From the IMG/VR virus record IMGVR_UViG_3300046522_000512, positions 1-64,000 of that record: a stretch of DNA of 64,000 nt, one strand, 5' to 3'. The notes under the pieces were generated by a model. That model searched no databases, was not told where the DNA came from, and saw only the letters and a program-made list of their open reading frames with translations. The position numbers and the translations under genes are program-made. This document shows, in pieces, positions 59,379 through 64,000 of the stretch (position 1 is the stretch's first letter; each line of letters starts with the position of its first letter). The DNA comes from a virus.

Positions 59379-60599
59379 CTAGCCTGCGCCGTCCGCGCCT
59401 TCGGTGCGGGCCTGCTGTACGGCGGCATGCGCAGGGCCGCCGTACAGCGGCACCGCGGCGAGCGGGTCCTTCTCCCCCTGACCGTGAGTGCGGTCGTACA
59501 CCGTGTCGGCGGTGTGCGAGCCATCCGCCCACCGGCCAGCCGTGTTGCGCTCCTTGAGCGGGACGCCTGCCGCGATCATGTCGGTGTTCGCCCCGGCCCG
59601 CCACGAGTGCGAGCGGACCCGCTGACCGTCGATGTACGGCACCCCTGCCCGCTCGGCGAGGAGCTGGAACCGCTCGTTCAGGGAGCCGGGGCGCATCTTC
59701 TTCCCGCGCTTGCGGTCCTCCGGGTAGGAGCGCAGGCCGCCTTTCACCGTCAGGGACCGGAACAGCGGATCATTGGGGCCGTTCGCGCCGAGCTCGCGCA
59801 GGACATCGAGCCACGCGCGGGCGCGGCGGACGAGTTGGAGGTCTTCCCGGTCCTGGATGAACCGCCCGGCGCCCTTTCCGGCCTGGTCGGTCTTGGACGT
59901 CGCCGTGATCACGTAGAGGCCCGTGTCGTGGACGCGGACCCGCCCGACGAGCTGATCGGCGAGCTCCATCTCCCGGTGCAGGTTGACGTACGCCAGGACC
60001 GCGAGGAACGCGTCCCGCTTGCCGATGGGGGTGTCCTCGTCGATCGACGCAATGATCCGCAGGTTGTACGTGAGCGTGACGGCCGCAGCCCGGTCGACCT
60101 CCCCGCCGGCCTTCACCCACTCTTTGCGCCAGGCCCTGACCCGACCCTGCGCGCGGGAGCGGTCGGGGCGCATGCCCACCGGCTGCCAGTTGTAGATGCG
60201 GGAGAGGTACTGCGCGACCGTGTCCGGCTTGAACTCCCCCGCCTTGCCCCTGCGGATCAAGTGCAGGGCGTACGAGGTGTACGTCCGGGTTGTGCACGGG
60301 GACGCGAGGAGCGGCGGCTTCTGCTGCGCGCACCAGGCCTCGAAGGCCCGGACCGTGGAGTCGCGGTTGATGACGGTGTTCTCCGCCAGGTCCGGCTGTT
60401 CGAGGTCTTCGACGTCCTGTTCGGTCAGCCGGAAGTCGGCATCGGTCCACGCGGGCCGCTCGTCGGCGAGCGGCGGCATCTCGCCGGGCGCAAGCATCGT
60501 GTGTTGGTTGACCAGGTAGCGCGGCTGTTCGGCGACGGCCGGGCCGGGGTGTCCGGCGGGCACCAACTCGCCTTCGACGATGTCCAGTTCCGAGGTCAA
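59379..60599 (-). CDS. Cre-like tyrosine recombinase
   Basis: GKRD...HREMEL (R), SKTDQAG (K), HSWRAG (H-x-x-R), GRW (W) and VYDR (Y), with an N-terminal SAM-like domain. Confidence 0.9.
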   Translation of the reverse strand: MTSELDIVEGELVPAGHPGPAVAEQPRYLVNQHTMLAPGEMPPLADERPAWTDADFRLTEQDVEDLEQPDLAENTVINRDSTVRAFEAWCAQQKPPLLASPCTTRTYTSYALHLIRRGKAGEFKPDTVAQYLSRIYNWQPVGMRPDRSRAQGRVRAWRKEWVKAGGEVDRAAAVTLTYNLRIIASIDEDTPIGKRDAFLAVLAYVNLHREMELADQLVGRVRVHDTGLYVITATSKTDQAGKGAGRFIQDREDLQLVRRARAWLDVLRELGANGPNDPLFRSLTVKGGLRSYPEDRKRGKKMRPGSLNERFQLLAERAGVPYIDGQRVRSHSWRAGANTDMIAAGVPLKERNTAGRWADGSHTADTVYDRTHGQGEKDPLAAVPLYGGPAHAAVQQARTEGADGAG

Positions 60600-61096
60600 G
60601 ACTCCTCCGGCGGCGCGTACTCGGGGTGCTCGGGGTGGTCGATGAACGGGGCGGAGAACTGCTGCACCATCACCAAGAGGGCGTTGTCCGGCTTGCCCTC
60701 CTCGATCGAGCGCTTCAGGAAGGCGACCAGCAGCGACTTGCCCTGAAGGTCTTCACGGGTCCGGTAGGGCTGGTTGCGGACGATGTGGAGCGCGGCGGCC
60801 TGGTCGGCGAAGTGCCCGCGGCCGGTAAGGACCGGGGCGAAGACCCGCCCGCCGGCGGTCTGCACGCCGAAGCGGCGCGCGTCCGGCTCGGTCAGCTCCC
60901 ACCAGCCGTCTTCCGCGGCCACCATGGCACCGTCCAGCTCCTCTTTGATGCGGGCTTCCAGGAAGGCCGCCCACTGCGCGGCCGTCGCCGTAGCGGGTTC
61001 GGCGTCCGGTCGCTCGGGTCGCTGTCCGTGGACGGCTGACGGCGCCTCGGTCGGCTCCGGCCGGTACCCCTTCGGGCTGTAGGCGTCGCGCCTCAC
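60596..61096 (-). CDS. DUF6221-like hypothetical protein
   Basis: GTGA-coupled; AAFLEARIKEE...HIVRNQPYR...APFIDHPEH. Confidence 0.7.
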   Translation of the reverse strand: MRRDAYSPKGYRPEPTEAPSAVHGQRPERPDAEPATATAAQWAAFLEARIKEELDGAMVAAEDGWWELTEPDARRFGVQTAGGRVFAPVLTGRGHFADQAAALHIVRNQPYRTREDLQGKSLLVAFLKRSIEEGKPDNALLVMVQQFSAPFIDHPEHPEYAPPEES

Positions 61097-61671
61097 GACT
61101 CCGTCCCGTTCTGACGCTTGGGGTCGGCGTCCGTCTTGAGGAAGGCATCCGCCCACTCGGTCAGCGAGTCCTGGTTATCGAGATCCGTCACCGGTCCGAC
61201 CATCCGCATGATGGTGTACATCTCGGCGGGCTTCTCCGTGCGCAGGCCGGTGCGGGGCTTCCAACGGGGCTCGGTGTGGGTGAAGTTCTCCGCGCGTTCG
61301 CGGATGGCCTCCTTGGCGGACGGGTCTGCCGAGGTGCCCATGCGGCCGAGCACCGGGTGGATCTCCTCAGGCTCGTTGAGGCCGAGTTGGCGGGCGGCGC
61401 CTTCCGGGTCGGCTCCTACGGCGTCGGCCGCGATGTGCGTGCCCGCTTCGTCCAGGGCGCGGTACAGGCCGTGCGCGGCGGTGATGAATGCGGGGGTGCT
61501 CTGGTCGTCACGGGGGGCGAGCCGGTAGCCGGGCGGCAGTGGGTCACCGGCGGCCGGCTCCTGGTCGAGCCAGAGCCGCCACACTGTGCCGTGTGGGTCT
61601 TCCGCTTCGTACGTGTTTTCACTGTGGTCGCCCACGATGTCCCATTGCGGTAGCGGGCCGCGCGTGGCCAT
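61093..61671 (-). CDS. Hypothetical protein
   Basis: 192 aa with GGGAGGGG RBS; first gene of the recombinase operon. Confidence 0.75.
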   Translation of the reverse strand: MATRGPLPQWDIVGDHSENTYEAEDPHGTVWRLWLDQEPAAGDPLPPGYRLAPRDDQSTPAFITAAHGLYRALDEAGTHIAADAVGADPEGAARQLGLNEPEEIHPVLGRMGTSADPSAKEAIRERAENFTHTEPRWKPRTGLRTEKPAEMYTIMRMVGPVTDLDNQDSLTEWADAFLKTDADPKRQNGTES

Positions 61672-61860
61672 GTGTACCCCTCCCCTGGTTGCCGGTTATT
61701 CCAGGCAGAATACCCGATAAGGCTGCCCTAACTAGGGTTCCGGGAGGGCGTGTTGCACACTGACCCGAGTTTCACCGTGAATGACCTGACATCCACACGG
61801 GCGACCCCTACACTCAGGTGAGTCTTAGCTGAATCTAGGCTCATTTCTCCTGGAGGCGAT

Positions 61861-62463
61861 ATGCGGGTAACCCTCGAAGCCGACGACGAAAGCCCGCTCG
61901 CCGCGGCGCTCCTCGAAGCGGCCCGCCATCCCGACACCACCGTCACCGTCGGCGACCCTGTCTGGACGCCCGAGCGCGCCGACCGGTTCGTCACCGAGGT
62001 GTCGATGCCAGGCCGCCGGCTGCTGCGCGCGGCCGCCGAGGGAAGCGGCCGGGTCGACGGCGAGAAGTTCCGCGAACAACACGGGGAACGGGCGCTGCAC
62101 GGGCCGTCGGCCGCCATCACCAAGACCGTCAACCGCGGTATCCGGGAAGGGTGGTTGCCCGAGGGCGCGGAACTGCCGCTCTCCTCCACCTACGACGGCC
62201 GCTCCTCATGGTCCAAGACCGACGGATACCGGCTCCCCGCCCATCTGGCCGACATCTTCCGTGACGCCTTCACCCGGGTCTACCCCGCCGGGGCCGAGTC
62301 GCTGAACGACGTCCGCGAGCACCTGGCCGACATCTACGAGCAGGGCGGCCGCGACCGCGAATACGCGCTTGAGCGGGCCGACACGTTCCTCGAAACGCAC
62401 GCCGACGCACTCACCCAGTGGGCCCTGGCCCGCGTCAACGCAGAGAGCAGGACGAGCGCATGA
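61861..62463 (+). CDS. Hypothetical protein
   Basis: 200 aa with GGAGG RBS and high GC3. Confidence 0.8.
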   Translation: MRVTLEADDESPLAAALLEAARHPDTTVTVGDPVWTPERADRFVTEVSMPGRRLLRAAAEGSGRVDGEKFREQHGERALHGPSAAITKTVNRGIREGWLPEGAELPLSSTYDGRSSWSKTDGYRLPAHLADIFRDAFTRVYPAGAESLNDVREHLADIYEQGGRDREYALERADTFLETHADALTQWALARVNAESRTSA

Positions 62464-63059
62464 CCCGCCAGACCGCCGCCCCGTTCGACCACGTCAGCCT
62501 GAACCCGACCTACCAGTCGGCGCGTTGGCTCGCCAGGCGCGTCGAGGAGGAGGAGATCGTCATCGATCCCCCCTACCAGCGCGGGGACGTGTGGAGAGAG
62601 GACCAGCGCGTCGCGTTGGTGCAGACGTGGCTGCGCGGCCTGCCCGCCGGCGTCGTGATCCTGTCCGACCGCTGCACCGAGGGATGGCGCAGGGCCAACC
62701 GCGGCCACGACCCGTACGAGACCGGCAAGGGCCTGTGGGCGTGCGTGGACGGCAAGCAGCGCCTGACCACCGCGGTGATGTGGTTCAACAGCGAGTTCGC
62801 TATCCCGGCGTCGTGGCTTCCCGCCGACTACGTCGCGGTCACCGAGGACACCGACGACGGCCCGTACGTCCGGTTCAACGGCTGCACGCCGATGGGGGAG
62901 CGCTTCCTGGAGCGGTACTGCTCGCTCCTCGTCGCCGACACCAAGGACTGCGCAACCGAGGCGGAAGAGGCGGAGTTCTACCTGCTGGTGAATGGCGGCG
63001 GTACCCCGCAGACGGAGGAGAACATGGCGAACGCTGCCCGCGTCGCCGAAGGAGCCTGA
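62460..63059 (+). CDS. DUF262 (GmrSD N-terminal/ParB-like fold) protein
   Basis: ATGA-coupled; IDPPYQRGDVW, VDGKQRLTT, FYLLVNGGG. Confidence 0.88.
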   Translation: MTRQTAAPFDHVSLNPTYQSARWLARRVEEEEIVIDPPYQRGDVWREDQRVALVQTWLRGLPAGVVILSDRCTEGWRRANRGHDPYETGKGLWACVDGKQRLTTAVMWFNSEFAIPASWLPADYVAVTEDTDDGPYVRFNGCTPMGERFLERYCSLLVADTKDCATEAEEAEFYLLVNGGGTPQTEENMANAARVAEGA

Positions 63060-63060
63060 C

Positions 63061-63447
63061 GTGGAGATCCGATCCGCTGTAGCAGACATGCTCTCTCCGG
63101 CCCGGTGCTGCGCGCCGGGCTGCCGGGCAGTGATCGACGCGGCCGGGAAGATCCCGTTCGGCTGGCGGTTCGAACGCGGCCCGTCGAGTAACTGGCTCCA
63201 CCTGTGCCCGCTGGACTCAGCGGCCTGGGAGAAGCCGGAGCACCGGCCGGTGACCGGATATCAGCCGGCCGACCGCGGGTGCGCCTGCGGATTCCGTGCC
63301 CCCCTCACCCCGGACTCGACAAACGGCAGCATGGACCGTGCGTACGCCGAGCACCTGGTGCCGTACCTCGGCCCGCACCCCGACCTGGAACGCGGAGAAC
63401 TCGCGGCAGCCCTAGCCGCAGAGAGGCAGTACCCAACCGATGGATGA
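63061..63447 (+). CDS. Cys/His-rich hypothetical protein
   Basis: GTG after GAAGGAG; CCAPGC, HLCP, CACG...EH. Confidence 0.6.
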   Translation: MEIRSAVADMLSPARCCAPGCRAVIDAAGKIPFGWRFERGPSSNWLHLCPLDSAAWEKPEHRPVTGYQPADRGCACGFRAPLTPDSTNGSMDRAYAEHLVPYLGPHPDLERGELAAALAAERQYPTDG

Positions 63448-63568
63448 CGACTCGTGCCCGAACTGTGTGGACGGCACGTGCACCGAGTGCGACGGCGAGG
63501 GCTGCGAGGAGTGCAGTCACGGCGGGGTCTGCCCCGACTGTGACGGCACGGGCCGCCAGGCCGCATGA
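63440..63568 (+). CDS. 42-aa DnaJ-type zinc-finger microprotein
   Basis: MDDDSCPNCVDGTCTECDGEGCEECSHGGVCPDCDGTGRQAA, four CxxC. Confidence 0.65.
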   Translation: MDDDSCPNCVDGTCTECDGEGCEECSHGGVCPDCDGTGRQAA

Positions 63569-63726
63569 CTGAACACCTTCGAGAGGCGCGGCGTACGAGC
63601 GAACGCTGCGCCCTCTCCGCTCCCGAGAGGACAACCAGATGGCCGAGTCACGGCCGCTGCGCCGCGCGACCGAAACCCGGGCTCCGGGGCACCCTGTGCG
63701 CCCCGAGACCGGCCAGGAGGCGTGAC

Positions 63727-64000
63727 GTGGGGTTCCGCATCAGCGAGAAGGACTTGGACCGCTTCCCCGGTCTCCGAGCGAAGTACGAGGCGGCCAAGGA
63801 AGCGGCAGCACCTTGGCCGCCGCCGCCGCCGCCCGCCAAGCCGAAGCGGCAGCGCAAGCCGAAGGCCGAGGGCGCGGCGAGCAGCTCGGCGTACGTGGAG
63901 TGCGACGTCGCCGCGGAGGCGGTCGGCGCTCGGCACTGGGTGCTCGAACTACCGCCGGTCGAGCTCATCAACGCCAACGAGGTGCGTGGCTGGCATTGGC
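63727..64000 (+). CDS. Probable RusA-like Holliday junction resolvase (partial)
   Basis: GTG after AGGAGG; WVLELPPVELINANEVRGWHW resembles the N-terminus of actinophage RusA-like proteins; truncated by the window. Confidence 0.45.
   Translation, partial: MGFRISEKDLDRFPGLRAKYEAAKEAAAPWPPPPPPAKPKRQRKPKAEGAASSSAYVECDVAAEAVGARHWVLELPPVELINANEVRGWHW

Larger units (their letters stand above)
1..64000. mobile_element. Siphovirus-type prophage or phage-plasmid (window lies wholly inside)
   Basis: Portal-to-fibre gene order plus par cassette, TA pair and Cre-like recombinase. No host housekeeping genes recognised. Confidence 0.88.

Noticed and set aside
61672-61860. lox-like site for the Cre-like recombinase
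   Set aside because: Only short imperfect palindromes (e.g. ACTCAGGTGAGT). No 13-8-13 type inverted repeat could be supported.
1-64000. tRNA, rRNA or known riboswitch genes
   Set aside because: None recognised by eye. A covariance-model scan would be needed to exclude them.

Overview
High-GC actinobacterial (Streptomyces-like) DNA holding most of the virion-morphogenesis region of a large siphovirus-type phage, almost all on the minus strand. Order from right to left: portal-MuF, tandem thermonuclease, a giant ~8,140-aa DarB-like polyvalent protein, prohead protease fused to a 2H phosphoesterase, HK97-type major capsid, head-tail joining genes, major tail, frameshifted tail chaperones, tape measure, and minor tail/fibre genes. 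Plasmid-type maintenance functions are interleaved: a ParA plus HTH-partner cassette flanked by five 21-bp palindromes, an RHH/RelE-like toxin-antitoxin pair and a Cre-like tyrosine recombinase. This suggests a phage-plasmid (inference). Main observations: (1) a 14-residue helix, LD[PA]xxV[KR]xxLAx[LI], ends the prohead protease and recurs three times inside the giant protein, a candidate capsid-cargo address tag; (2) E-x-K-[AST] motifs shared by head proteins are candidate maturation sites; (3) a TnpV-like gene is nested out of frame inside the giant ORF; (4) a bipartite promoter-like motif occurs 13 times ahead of structural transcription units, four of them apparently leaderless. All family calls come from motif recognition by eye. 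No database searches were run.
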